Part shown: one piece after another, positions 28,699-38,588 of the stretch
How positions within the stretch are numbered: position 1 is the first letter of the stretch
Layout of the letters: every line of letters starts with the position of its first letter
From: Nitrosarchaeum sp.
Lineage (GTDB): Archaea > Thermoproteota > Nitrososphaeria > Nitrososphaerales > Nitrosopumilaceae
Direction of reading: 5' to 3'
NCBI GenBank assembly: GCA_965223865.1
Contig: OZ245020.1
Location: 1,344,001-1,408,000, forward strand
DNA length: 64,000 nucleotides
The notes under the pieces: model-generated
What the model saw: only the letters and a program-made list of their open reading frames with translations
Told to the model about the DNA's origin: nothing
The model's database searches: none
Made by a program: the position numbers and the translations under genes

Positions 28699-30351
28699 TT
28701 ATTGTGGACCTAATTGTTTTTTGTATTTTTCAATATCTGATTTTTCAACTTTGCTAAATAATGGTGCTGATTCCCCTAATCTATGACCTATCATTACATC
28801 TAGATTTGAAAGTTCATCCCATGAAATATCCCGGATATTTCCTTCAAATCCTAATTGGTCCCAAATTTTTTGAGAAGACTCTGGAATGAATGAAAAAACG
28901 GCTATTGCTAAACTTCTTACAGCATTAACTGACAAGAAAACACAGTTTTCCGTGCCTGGCCCTTTCTTCCAGGGTTCCTTATGTTGGAAATATTGATTAA
29001 AAAACGATGAAAATTCCATTATTTTCTTGAGTGCTCTATCCAAGTGGTTCTGTTGCATAAGATCACCTACTGCAGAAGAGAGACTCGTTATCTTGTTTAG
29101 CGCTTCTTTGTCTTGTTCATCATAATTTCCAGATTCTGGAATGATTCCATCAAAGGATTTTTTTGTAAATCCCAATGCACGATTAACAAAATTTCCAAGA
29201 TTTCCAATTAACTCAGAGTTTATTTTAGTTGTAAACTCATCCCAATCAAAATTCAAATCATCTTGAGAATATGGATTGATTGAAACAAGATAGTATCTCA
29301 AATAATCAGCAGGATAATAATTTAGAAATTCTTTTAATCCAATATACCAATTTCTGCTTTTTGATATTTTTTTAGATTGTAACGTCAAGTGGCCTCGAGT
29401 TGGAATATAGTCAGGAAGTTTATACTCGCTGTTTATACCTAAACGCATTGCAGGTAAGAAAAGATAGTGATGATAAACAATGTCTTTGCCAATAAAGTGA
29501 TAAACGTCTGCAGAGTTCCAAAACTCCTTTCCATTAATTCCCTTATCATTCAAAAACTTTAGAGCAGTTGAAATGTATGCCAAATGATTATCAAACCATC
29601 CATAGAAAACTTTGCCTTTGGCCTCATCAAGAGGTATTGGAACTCCCCATGAAATATCTCTTGTTATATCCCAATCAATTAATCCAGATTTTATCCAGTT
29701 TTGTACATATTTTTTTACATCTTTTTGAAGATGAGGGTTTTCTTCTAACCATTGAGATAAAGAATCTCCAAAGTTTTTAAGTTTGAAAAAATAATGTACT
29801 GTTTTTTCTTTAGTTGGAGTTTGACCACATATTGAGCATTTGGGATTTGATATTTCTTCAGGAACTCGTCCGCATCTTTCACACAGATCTGAGTATTGGT
29901 CTTCTGCTTGACAATAAGGACATGTTCCTTTTACGTATCTATCAGGCAGGAATTTTTTGTCATTGCTACAGTAAAATTGGATGATTTCTTTTTCATATAT
30001 GTGGCCTGCCTCATTTAGTTTTTTGAAAACATCTTGAACAAATTCGATGTTTTCAGTAGAACTTGTCTTGTAGAAATAATCAAATCCGATATTAAAGGCT
30101 GTAAAATCATCATAATCTCGCTTATTCCAATAGGCAACATATTCAGAGGGGCTTTTTCCTTCTTTTTCTGATTGAATCAAAATCGGTGTCCCAAAATCAT
30201 CTGAAGCACAAACATAGTATGCCTCTACGCCCTTTTGTTTTAGGAATCTTGTTGTTACATCTGCTGGAAGGTATGTTGAGGCAACATGTCCAAGGTGGAT
30301 CTCACCATTTGCATATGGTAAGGCACTTGTGATTATTGCTTTATTACTCAT
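28699..30351 (-). CDS. metG: methionine-tRNA ligase
   Basis: SALPYANGEIHLGH, Zn knuckles, DWDITRDISWGVP, FIGKDIV, KISKS; no C-terminal tRNA-binding domain. Confidence 0.95.
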   Translation of the reverse strand: MSNKAIITSALPYANGEIHLGHVASTYLPADVTTRFLKQKGVEAYYVCASDDFGTPILIQSEKEGKSPSEYVAYWNKRDYDDFTAFNIGFDYFYKTSSTENIEFVQDVFKKLNEAGHIYEKEIIQFYCSNDKKFLPDRYVKGTCPYCQAEDQYSDLCERCGRVPEEISNPKCSICGQTPTKEKTVHYFFKLKNFGDSLSQWLEENPHLQKDVKKYVQNWIKSGLIDWDITRDISWGVPIPLDEAKGKVFYGWFDNHLAYISTALKFLNDKGINGKEFWNSADVYHFIGKDIVYHHYLFLPAMRLGINSEYKLPDYIPTRGHLTLQSKKISKSRNWYIGLKEFLNYYPADYLRYYLVSINPYSQDDLNFDWDEFTTKINSELIGNLGNFVNRALGFTKKSFDGIIPESGNYDEQDKEALNKITSLSSAVGDLMQQNHLDRALKKIMEFSSFFNQYFQHKEPWKKGPGTENCVFLSVNAVRSLAIAVFSFIPESSQKIWDQLGFEGNIRDISWDELSNLDVMIGHRLGESAPLFSKVEKSDIEKYKKQLGPQ

Positions 30352-30444
30352 TTAATATTGCCAATTTCATCAGATCTTAAGAAGTTTTGTAGATAATGTA
30401 TTTTGGAACTTTTCAAACTATTTTTGATTTGAAAAAAGACAGAG

Positions 30445-31686
30445 TTACCAGCTGTTCATGTATTTAATCTGCTCTGGGGTTAGCTTGTCAATCTTTACAT
30501 CCATTGCTTTTAAAGCATCAATGGCTACCTGTTTGTCAATTTCTTCAGGAACATTGATAATTTTGTTTTCCATTTTTTTATGGTTTTTAAGAATATACAT
30601 TATAGACAAAATTTGATTGGAAAATGATTGTGCCATTACTTCAGGAGGATGTCCTTCAGCTGCAACTAGATTTGCAAGTCTACCTTCGCCAATAAGATAT
30701 ACCCGTTTATTGTTTTTCAGAGTACATTCATCCAGACTAGGTCTTACTCTTTTTACTGATTTTGAATGTTTTAGTAAAAATTTACTATCAATCTCCACAT
30801 CAAAGTGGCCAACATTTCCCATTACAGCGCCTTCCTTCATTTGTAAGATGTGTTCTTTTCGAATTACACTAGTCATTCCAGTACATGTGATAAAGATGTC
30901 GCCGATTTTTGCAGCTTGAGCCATTGGCATCACCTCAAATCCATCCATATGTGCTTCAAGTGCTTTAACAGGATCAACCTCTGTAACAATTACCTTAGAA
31001 CCCATTCCATGACATCTTGAGGCAACACCACGTCCTACCCATCCATAACCTACAACAACAACTTTTTTTGATGCCAACAATAGGTTCATTGCTCTGAGAT
31101 AACCATCAATTGTACTTTGACCAGTACCATATCTGTTGTCAAACATGTGTTTTGTGTAGGCTTCATTTACTAAAATGACGGGATATCGTAGTTTACCTTG
31201 ATTCTCAACTGCTCTAATTCTGGTGACTCCAGCTGTTGTCTCTTCAGTAGCTCCAAAAATCTTCAATGATCTAAACCTCTTATCAAAATGAGCTTTGATA
31301 TTCATATCAGCTCCATCATCAGTTAGGATAGAGGGCTTGTGCTTCAAAACCTGATCAATACACCAACTGTATTCTTTGACAGATTGTCCATGCCATGCAT
31401 AAACATGAATTCCTTGTGAGGCCAAAAAGGCAGCAATATTATCTTGTGTTGTAAGGGGATTTCCACCACAGCAAGCAACAGTTGCGCCAAGCTCTTTTGC
31501 ACCTAGTAAAAGCACAGAAGTTTCTTTGGTAATATGCAAACAAAATCCCAAGGTTATTCCTTTGAGAGGTTTTGATTTTTTAAGTCGATTGATTGTATTA
31601 TCTAAAATTTGCATATGGGATCTGGCCCATTCATAGGATAGCTTTCCTTCTTTGATTAATTTAGAATTTGATTTTACCTTACTCAA
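30445..31686 (-). CDS. ahcY: adenosylhomocysteinase
   Basis: CLH, DDGAD, EETTAG, KHMFDNRYGTGQS, GYGWVGRG, GHFDVEID, EGRLANL..GHP. Confidence 0.96.
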   Translation of the reverse strand: MSKVKSNSKLIKEGKLSYEWARSHMQILDNTINRLKKSKPLKGITLGFCLHITKETSVLLLGAKELGATVACCGGNPLTTQDNIAAFLASQGIHVYAWHGQSVKEYSWCIDQVLKHKPSILTDDGADMNIKAHFDKRFRSLKIFGATEETTAGVTRIRAVENQGKLRYPVILVNEAYTKHMFDNRYGTGQSTIDGYLRAMNLLLASKKVVVVGYGWVGRGVASRCHGMGSKVIVTEVDPVKALEAHMDGFEVMPMAQAAKIGDIFITCTGMTSVIRKEHILQMKEGAVMGNVGHFDVEIDSKFLLKHSKSVKRVRPSLDECTLKNNKRVYLIGEGRLANLVAAEGHPPEVMAQSFSNQILSIMYILKNHKKMENKIINVPEEIDKQVAIDALKAMDVKIDKLTPEQIKYMNSW

Positions 31687-31762
31687 TACGGAATTTCTTG
31701 TGGCAGATTATAAAATCCTATCATGCGAATCTAAATAAATGACAAACTTATCAAAAAATTAG

Positions 31763-32065
31763 ATGACATGGAAAAAGATTGCTGAAAAAGGAGAAATTGA
31801 TGCCGGTAAAGGCAAGGCCTTTAAAATTGATGGAAAACAAATTGCAATTTTTAATCAGAACGGATATCATGCTTTAGATGATCTTTGTGTACATCAAGAT
31901 GGCTCACTTGCACCCGGAAAACTTGATAATGATATTGTAGAGTGCCCTCTTCATTTTTGGCATTATAACATCAAGACTGGAGAATTGAAAGACTATCTAA
32001 AGGATGTCAAATTAGAAACATATGCAGTAGAGGCAAGAGATGATGGCATCTATGTAGACATCTAA
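31763..32065 (+). CDS. Rieske [2Fe-2S] ferredoxin
   Basis: CVH ... CPLH ligands. Confidence 0.9.
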   Translation: MTWKKIAEKGEIDAGKGKAFKIDGKQIAIFNQNGYHALDDLCVHQDGSLAPGKLDNDIVECPLHFWHYNIKTGELKDYLKDVKLETYAVEARDDGIYVDI

Positions 32066-32202
32066 AAAATATAACAAAATCAATAATTGAAAAAATAATA
32101 GTAGATTATTTTCAGAGTTCATAATAATTAAAAATAATTTATGATATATCTTAAAAATTTGTGACAGCTTACTGATTAATATTTTCAAGAGGAAGTAAAA
32201 AC

Positions 32203-32358
32203 ATGAAGAAACTTGCTCCAATTTCTGGAAAAGGAACTGAAAAAGTTTTGATTGGAAAAATCAATCAATTAATTCAACAAAACAATGAACAAAAAGAGGA
32301 AATCAGACAAATCAAACAGAAACTACGTGTAAATGCCCATTTTGGGAGACGTAGTTAA
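32203..32358 (+). CDS. 51-aa coiled-coil microprotein (not in ORF track)
   Basis: MKKLAPISGKGTEKVLIGKINQLIQQNNEQKEEIRQIKQKLRVNAHFGRRS; GAGG upstream, T-tract downstream. Confidence 0.55.
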   Translation: MKKLAPISGKGTEKVLIGKINQLIQQNNEQKEEIRQIKQKLRVNAHFGRRS

Positions 32359-32527
32359 AGCTTTTTTTTATGAGTAAATTGATCATCTTTTGATATTGTA
32401 CTTTCAATTTTGAATTTCTCAAATTCACGGTGGTTTTTTGAATATATTTTTCATTAAGAATCTAGAAAATAAAATTGAGTTTTTGAAAAAACCTTTTATT
32501 GTAAAAACGTCAAAATTAAACTCTACA

Positions 32528-32707
32528 ATGGTTCTTCTATACACAGTAATTGGAGTAGTAACAACTGTAGTCATAATCTTACTTCGTTATTATCTTGCAG
32601 AGCGAAAAAAAGGACCTAAAAATAATAAATTCTGTTTTAATTGCAATCAAAATTTTCCAAATAACTATAATATATGCCCCAAATGCGGCATACGTTTTGG
32701 TTCATAG
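32528..32707 (+). CDS. single-TM zinc-ribbon protein
   Basis: TM helix then CFNC..CPKCG; ATG at 32528. Confidence 0.7.
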   Translation: MVLLYTVIGVVTTVVIILLRYYLAERKKGPKNNKFCFNCNQNFPNNYNICPKCGIRFGS

Positions 32708-32742
32708 TAAATTTTTTGTTGTTGTTTTAACAATGACGTGAA

Positions 32743-33303
32743 ATGTCTACTCAACCAATTAGAATTAGGCGAAGGACATGGTACCTTTTACCAATATTTT
32801 TTCACATAATAGGTGGTGTAATAGCATATTTTGCCATACGAAATGATGATCCGCAAAAAGCAAAAAGATGTCTTTTTCTTGGAGTGACCCTTTTCGCGAT
32901 AAATATTGCAATTGGTCTTGTAATTACTTCTTCTCTTTCCAGTCCAGATAATTTTTTTGGACAAATGAGTAAACAAAGTGAAATTGATATTATTATTCAA
33001 AATGATGAAATACAAATTTTGCTAAATGATCAAGCAAAGTTTCTGGCAGTAAAGTGGGATCCTATTGTAATTCCAAGGGATAAAATAGTAAGGATTCATG
33101 ATCAATTACCAAAACAAAGCAGCTCTGACCTGACAATTCCAGGTACTTATATTCCTAAAATTGTAAAAGCAGGTACTTACATCACAGAAGATGGGAGTAA
33201 AGAGTTTTGGTTTACAAAGAATAATGAAAACAACATAATTACAATAGAGCTTAAAAATCATGAATATGACCGGATAGTCTTAGAATCTAAAAAAACAATT
33301 TGA
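32743..33303 (+). CDS. membrane protein (2 TM) with C-terminal PH-like domain
   Basis: WYLLPIFFHIIGGVIAYF hairpin; IPGTYIPKIVKAGTY..KEFW..ITIELKNHEYDRIVL. Confidence 0.7.
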   Translation: MSTQPIRIRRRTWYLLPIFFHIIGGVIAYFAIRNDDPQKAKRCLFLGVTLFAINIAIGLVITSSLSSPDNFFGQMSKQSEIDIIIQNDEIQILLNDQAKFLAVKWDPIVIPRDKIVRIHDQLPKQSSSDLTIPGTYIPKIVKAGTYITEDGSKEFWFTKNNENNIITIELKNHEYDRIVLESKKTI

Positions 33304-33445
33304 GTGTTGAGAAAATAAACAAAATAATTACATCAAAATAAAAAAATTTTTTTTAAGTGGGTTTTTTTGAAAAGTAAATATGCATATTTGTAAAAAATAA
33401 ATCCTTACGCTAAATTATTTCATAAAATGATAATAGTTTAGGTTT

Positions 33446-33979
33446 CTATCTTACTGTAACTTGTCCTACCCTCCAAGGATGAAGAGAGCAATAGTAGTGA
33501 TAAGTTCCTTCCTCATCGAAGGCATATGCAAATCTCTCTCCCGTTGCAAGAGGCGCACTATTAAACAATCCAATAATGTTTCCTTCTTCATCTAAACTTT
33601 GTACAGTATGAAGTACAGTGTCATCATTTACCCAAACAACAGTAGTTCCAGGAGATGTCTCAAGGTTTAATGGAATATAGAATCCAGTGTGTTCTATATT
33701 GGCATTTCCATTTGGTATTATTATTTCAGATGTCATTGCTTTATTGGAGGGTTCTGATTTTACTTCATCTGGACTTTCAATTACAATTACTTTATTTTCA
33801 ATGAGGAATTTTATTGCATTTAGAAACTCAGTTTCTGAAATATTTCCCTGACCATACCACAAAGCAGTGTTTTTTATCCATTCAGGAATATTCTGAGCTA
33901 AAACATCCTGATAAGTAACAGTGCCAAGAACTAAAACTGCCAATAATACTATGGAAAGAATTTTGTAATTATCATTCAT
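33446..33979 (-). CDS. secreted cupredoxin with IPxWIKN surface domain and atypical axial residue
   Basis: signal peptide; IPEWIKNTALWY..EFLNAIKFLI; WVNDDTVLHTVQS; YYCSLHPWRVG. Confidence 0.85.
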   Translation of the reverse strand: MNDNYKILSIVLLAVLVLGTVTYQDVLAQNIPEWIKNTALWYGQGNISETEFLNAIKFLIENKVIVIESPDEVKSEPSNKAMTSEIIIPNGNANIEHTGFYIPLNLETSPGTTVVWVNDDTVLHTVQSLDEEGNIIGLFNSAPLATGERFAYAFDEEGTYHYYCSLHPWRVGQVTVR

Positions 33980-34262
33980 AATAATACTATAACATATTAT
34001 GCTTTAATAATCGGATATAATTATCAGACTTGATATCTTCTATCTAGAAGCATTATGGATATACAAGATTTTCAAAGGTATGATTTAAGAAAAATTGAAC
34101 GTTGAATTTTCTTTGTTTATTCAAGTATTTTTTGATTTTGAACATGTTAAAGATCTCTCAATAAGATCGTATTTAACAAAATTTTGAAACTATCTATTTT
34201 TGGAATATGCAACTTTTTGCATAATACTTAAAAATAAGGATACCTCTTGTTTTTCGACATTC

Positions 34263-34511
34263 ATGGCTGAAAAAAAAGCTGCAAAAAAGTCCATTGGAAA
34301 AAAAACCGACAGAAAAAAACCAACTAAAACAAAGGCAAAATCCACTAAAAAGTCCTCAAAAACTACAAAATCAAAAAAACCCAAAGTATTGCCTTCAGAT
34401 GATATGGGAATAGTAATAGTGGATGATGATATTACAATTGATCAGGAAAAAGTAAATGAAGAAAGAAGAGCATATCTAGAAGAAGCAAGATCTCAAGAAG
34501 CTTTTGATTAA
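34263..34511 (+). CDS. small protein with Lys-rich N-terminus and acidic C-terminus
   Basis: MAEKKAAKKSIGKKTDRKKPTKTKAKSTKK...DDDITIDQEKVNEERRAYLEEARSQE; ATG at 34263. Confidence 0.7.
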   Translation: MAEKKAAKKSIGKKTDRKKPTKTKAKSTKKSSKTTKSKKPKVLPSDDMGIVIVDDDITIDQEKVNEERRAYLEEARSQEAFD

Positions 34512-34547
34512 AGTAATCTTTATCCACTTTAACTTCATAAACTAATT

Positions 34548-34787
34548 ATGCGAGCATTATGTCTGATTACAGTAAAGCCAGGAAAAGTTGATAATGTTGT
34601 ACAAATTTTAAAAAAGAAACGCAAAGTCGTCAAAGATGTAATGGTTGTTACTGGACGAGCAGACATTAGCGTTATTTTACAAGGAAATATCGATGAGATT
34701 AACAACATAGTCATTGATTTTAAAAAAATCAAAGAAATTGTTACAACTGAGACATTAATTGAAGTGGAGGTTAATTTAGGATGGTAA
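34548..34787 (+). CDS. Lrp/AsnC ligand-binding-domain-only protein
   Basis: ALCLITVKPG, VTGRADI, TTETLI. Confidence 0.85.
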   Translation: MRALCLITVKPGKVDNVVQILKKKRKVVKDVMVVTGRADISVILQGNIDEINNIVIDFKKIKEIVTTETLIEVEVNLGW

Positions 34788-34999
34788 GAGCCATTGTTTT
34801 GGTAAAATCTCCAAAGAAATTGATTGCAGCACGACTAAGAAAAGTTAATTCTATCTCGGATTCCTTTCCAACAAGTGGACAGTTTGATGCTGTAGCCATA
34901 ATTGAAGTAGAAGAATTGGGAAAAATCCTCGAAATTACCAACCAAATTCAAAAGATCAACGGTGTAGAAAGAACCGAAACTATGGTTGAGGTTCAATGA
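34781..34999 (+). CDS. Lrp/AsnC ligand-binding-domain-only protein
   Basis: TSGQFDAVAII, IQKINGVERTETMV; overlaps the previous gene. Confidence 0.85.
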   Translation: MVRAIVLVKSPKKLIAARLRKVNSISDSFPTSGQFDAVAIIEVEELGKILEITNQIQKINGVERTETMVEVQ

Positions 35000-35033
35000 C
35001 AAAGTTTTTACGTACTTGAACGGAAGATAAATC

Positions 35034-35447
35034 GTGAACGTTAAAAAAGTCGGAAACGTTATTTTGGCTGTTAAAGACATCGACAAATCTGTAGCGTTTT
35101 ACCATGATCTTATTGGTCTTCCTATAAAGAATCAAAGAAGATCTTGGGTAGATTTAGGAACATCTGGAGGTTTATTGAGTCTACATCCTGCCTCGTTGAC
35201 AGCAGAGCACATAGGTAGCTCTATTGATAATGGAATTTCAATTGGATTTCTTGTTGGAGATGTGAAATCTGCCGTTGAGGAATTAAAATCAAAAGGAGTT
35301 AAAGTCTACCGAGATATTGTAGAACGAGAAGCTGGTAAAAATGCAATCGTTTTAGATCCAGATGAATATATGGTATCATTATTTGAGCCAAACTTTGCAG
35401 ACAAAGATCAACAGACAGGTGGATATCAAGGATTTACACCAGCTTAG
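35034..35447 (+). CDS. VOC/glyoxalase family protein
   Basis: VILAVKDIDKSVAFYHDLIGL, V.DVKSAVEELKSKGV, DPDEY. Confidence 0.85.
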   Translation: MNVKKVGNVILAVKDIDKSVAFYHDLIGLPIKNQRRSWVDLGTSGGLLSLHPASLTAEHIGSSIDNGISIGFLVGDVKSAVEELKSKGVKVYRDIVEREAGKNAIVLDPDEYMVSLFEPNFADKDQQTGGYQGFTPA

Positions 35448-35830
35448 ATTGTCTTTTTAATAGATGAGATAATCTTGTCTATACTTTTTTCTTTTCTATC
35501 TATTGAAATGTAATATGTTACATCATTTTTTTGGAAAATCATAATTGATACCTTTTGATGTTGAAGTAAAACATAATCAAGTTTTCCTACTGCACTTGCA
35601 GTATCTTTTCGAAGTGTCATCAGAGTAGAGATTATGAAAAACTCATTTTTTATTTGTTCTGATTTTAAAAGAGGCTTTACATTTGGTCTAACAATCCCAG
35701 TCAGTGTCCTTCCATAATTATTTACAACCCCTGCATATCTGATACTTTTTGATAATTCAATTATTTTTTGACATTTTTTCCTATACTGTACAATTTGTTC
35801 TTTCCATTTTTCTGAAGGAGTTTTCACCAT
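35444..35830 (-). CDS. hypothetical protein, roadblock/profilin-like thaumarchaeal family
   Basis: CQKI..IRYAGVVNNYGR..G.R..VKPL..GKLDYV pattern. Confidence 0.65.
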   Translation of the reverse strand: MVKTPSEKWKEQIVQYRKKCQKIIELSKSIRYAGVVNNYGRTLTGIVRPNVKPLLKSEQIKNEFFIISTLMTLRKDTASAVGKLDYVLLQHQKVSIMIFQKNDVTYYISIDRKEKSIDKIISSIKKTI

Positions 35831-35909
35831 GATAAAAACTAGAGTCGCAAATTAATAAGGATTCTTACCATTTTTAGAAAAATTTTTTGAAAAATATAAT
35901 GTCAAAATA

Positions 35910-36293
35910 CTAGTTTGGTTTTGTTTTTTCTAATTTTTTCTTTAACTCTAAGTTTTCTTTTAAAAGTTTGTCTTTTTCTGCTTTTAATGTTTCAACAGAA
36001 TTTTGTCTGCTAAACAATGGATGACCTGGTGGAACAATTCCTGAAGAATTCATGTTCATTAGACCTGAAGCATATTGTTGATACATATGTTGGAATCCTT
36101 CAATTTTTTTATTTATCGACTCGGAATTATTTGCAAATTTTTCTTTCATTGGATTTTCATATATTTTGAACATGGGATAAGACAACCCTGGTGGCAATCT
36201 AGGAAATTGAAATGCAAGGTGAGGTATATTGGGATTTAATCCATAAAGGTCTCTGAGTTGTTTTATTGCCAAATCTTCCATAGATTTATTCAA
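35910..36293 (-). CDS. hypothetical protein with C-terminal coiled coil
   Basis: 127-aa ORF; PPGHPL then KAEKDKLLKENLELKKKLE. Confidence 0.65.
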   Translation of the reverse strand: MNKSMEDLAIKQLRDLYGLNPNIPHLAFQFPRLPPGLSYPMFKIYENPMKEKFANNSESINKKIEGFQHMYQQYASGLMNMNSSGIVPPGHPLFSRQNSVETLKAEKDKLLKENLELKKKLEKTKPN

Positions 36294-36419
36294 TTCTTGC
36301 TATATTTTTGCCTTGTCTTTAGGCGTTTGATATAATACATTGTTAATTTCTAGTCATTTTTGCTCAATTTGAGCTGATCGCAGATCCTTATAGTTTCCCA
36401 ATTTTGATCGCAGTTACAC

Positions 36420-36566
36420 ATGACACAATCAACAAAGACCTGCATAAAATGTAAGAAAACAATTGAAAATGAGGATCTACATAAAATTGTGATTTATGTG
36501 GTACAGGAAAAATTCACAGAACACCATTATGAACATGTGGAATGTCCTGGAAAATTTACTGTTTAG
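36420..36566 (+). CDS. 48-aa CxxC...HxxC zinc-finger microprotein (not in ORF track)
   Basis: MTQSTKTCIKCKKTIENEDLHKIVIYVVQEKFTEHHYEHVECPGKFTV; TATA-like CTTATA about 30 nt upstream. Confidence 0.7.
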   Translation: MTQSTKTCIKCKKTIENEDLHKIVIYVVQEKFTEHHYEHVECPGKFTV

Positions 36567-37381
36567 CCTTTGAATTCATATACTTTGTATATTTCACCGG
36601 TCAGTCTTGAACGATATTTCCACTCATTGTTTTTCCAAAGTATTTCTTTGAAATCTTTTTGAGTTGTTGGATGTAATTTTTTGAAAACATCATCACCAAT
36701 TAGAATTTGATTTGTTTTGGCTTGAGATTGAATTTTAGATGCAATATTCATACATGGTCCCATTAAATCTACATGAGATGCTTCTGGATTGGAGCCATAT
36801 CTTACAACTATACTATGGCCAAAATCCAAACCAATCTTTACCATCAAATCAGGATAATCGTACTGATTTAATATTGGGTTGATTCCTTTTTGAATTACAG
36901 TAAGCATGGACTTTGCACATGTGACTGCATTATCAGCTGCCAATAAGGGATTATCAGATGCAATAAAATATCCAATTACTGCATCACCTACGAATTTTAA
37001 CACATATCCTTTATGATGTCGAATGACCGATGCCATTTCTTGTGAAAATGAGCTGATTATTATTGCAAGTTTTTCTTCTGGTAATTCTAGGGTCATGGTA
37101 GTTGATCCTACTAAGTCAACATATAGAACAACCATATCAATTTTGGAAAAAACATTTTTTCTGAGAAATTTTTCAGATTCGTTTGTTATTCCAGTGTATT
37201 CATATCCTTTCTTTAATGCCCCCCATACTCTTTTTTGAGTTTCTAGAATCATTGTTTCTGAATCTACTATCTTCTCATGTTTTTGGCTAAGTAGCATATC
37301 TACAACATTTGGGTTGGAGGTAGAATCTAAAGGATTTCCATTTTTTGTGTTTTGAGAGTCCTTATCAATATTTTCTGACAT
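36563..37381 (-). CDS. class III adenylate/guanylate cyclase
   Basis: VLYVDLVGST, LKFVGDAV, KIGLDFG, DLMGPCMNIASKIQ. Confidence 0.9.
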   Translation of the reverse strand: MSENIDKDSQNTKNGNPLDSTSNPNVVDMLLSQKHEKIVDSETMILETQKRVWGALKKGYEYTGITNESEKFLRKNVFSKIDMVVLYVDLVGSTTMTLELPEEKLAIIISSFSQEMASVIRHHKGYVLKFVGDAVIGYFIASDNPLLAADNAVTCAKSMLTVIQKGINPILNQYDYPDLMVKIGLDFGHSIVVRYGSNPEASHVDLMGPCMNIASKIQSQAKTNQILIGDDVFKKLHPTTQKDFKEILWKNNEWKYRSRLTGEIYKVYEFKG

Positions 37382-37588
37382 TTGTTGTTACTCCAATAGA
37401 AAGTCTACTTTGGAGACAAGGCACATTCCCCTATGTCCCTTATAACCCTCATTATAATACTGAGAGATTACAGAATTGCAATTATTACACAAAATTTCCT
37501 CATCTTCCATGTCTAAAATGAACTAAATTTTGTATTTAAGGTATTCAGGATGCAAGGTTTAAGGAGAGTAAAATTTGGGTAATATTTA

Positions 37589-38425
37589 GTGAGATTAGGT
37601 TCTAGATCCTCAAACGAGTTTATCCAAATTCTTAACAAAAAAAATGAAGAGATTCAACAGTCATTTCTTGCAAAAATTACTGACCTTACGAAAATGGTTG
37701 AAGTGCAAGTCATGATGGGAGACTCTACAGTTACTACACAGAAAACATTTGATCCAGTATTGATTAGTAATTTCTTCAAAAAAATAACTCAAGATTTGAA
37801 AGAATGGTCAATTCAAGAAGTTTCAATTTCAAACAATGAAGATATTAGACGAATTTTTACAAAATTTGAAATTATGGAAGGAAATTATTTGATATCAGGA
37901 CATCTTTCCTTGCAGTTTCATGTGTTGTTATATTATAAACCAGATCAGAGAGTTATTGATTGTCAAAAAGAATTATCAGAGATTATGGACTTGACCAAAA
38001 GTAGTGAGCAGCAAATATCCAATAATAGTGATCAGTTTGTATTAAACAAACTAAAAGAGATGGGATACAAAGATTTTGATCATCAAAAATTATTTGAAAT
38101 TTTTTATGAGAATGATGAGTTTAGAGAAAAAGTTTTCAAAGAAATAGAAGAAAATGCAGAAGTTGACTTTAAGGCTTTATCGGAAAAAAAAATGAAATTG
38201 TTTAATGAGCTTGATACTTTACTAATAGAAACATATCAGACAACTCCCGTTTTAATTGATGATACAAGATTAGTTACTGGAGAAGAAGGCGGATTATGCA
38301 CTTTTGATATTGAATTTGTAAAACATAAAACAAAAGAAGGATTATTTGACCCTCGAAAAATGTCAAATTCAGCTAAAGAAAACATAATCAAACGTTTAGA
38401 TGAACTTTATGAATCAATAAAATAA
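37589..38425 (+). CDS. hypothetical protein
   Basis: 278-aa ORF with host-like composition. Confidence 0.75.
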   Translation: MRLGSRSSNEFIQILNKKNEEIQQSFLAKITDLTKMVEVQVMMGDSTVTTQKTFDPVLISNFFKKITQDLKEWSIQEVSISNNEDIRRIFTKFEIMEGNYLISGHLSLQFHVLLYYKPDQRVIDCQKELSEIMDLTKSSEQQISNNSDQFVLNKLKEMGYKDFDHQKLFEIFYENDEFREKVFKEIEENAEVDFKALSEKKMKLFNELDTLLIETYQTTPVLIDDTRLVTGEEGGLCTFDIEFVKHKTKEGLFDPRKMSNSAKENIIKRLDELYESIK

Positions 38426-38588
38426 TTATTCTAAACTATATTTTGACAGATTAAAATCCTAGGATATTACGTAGAAATGACTAATTCCCAAATACTTTGA
38501 AATATCACATAAAATTATTTTGAATAGTTTGGAAAAATACGCATAAAATTTAGAATCTATTCTAATTGTAAAAAGGAAGAAGTCAAAT

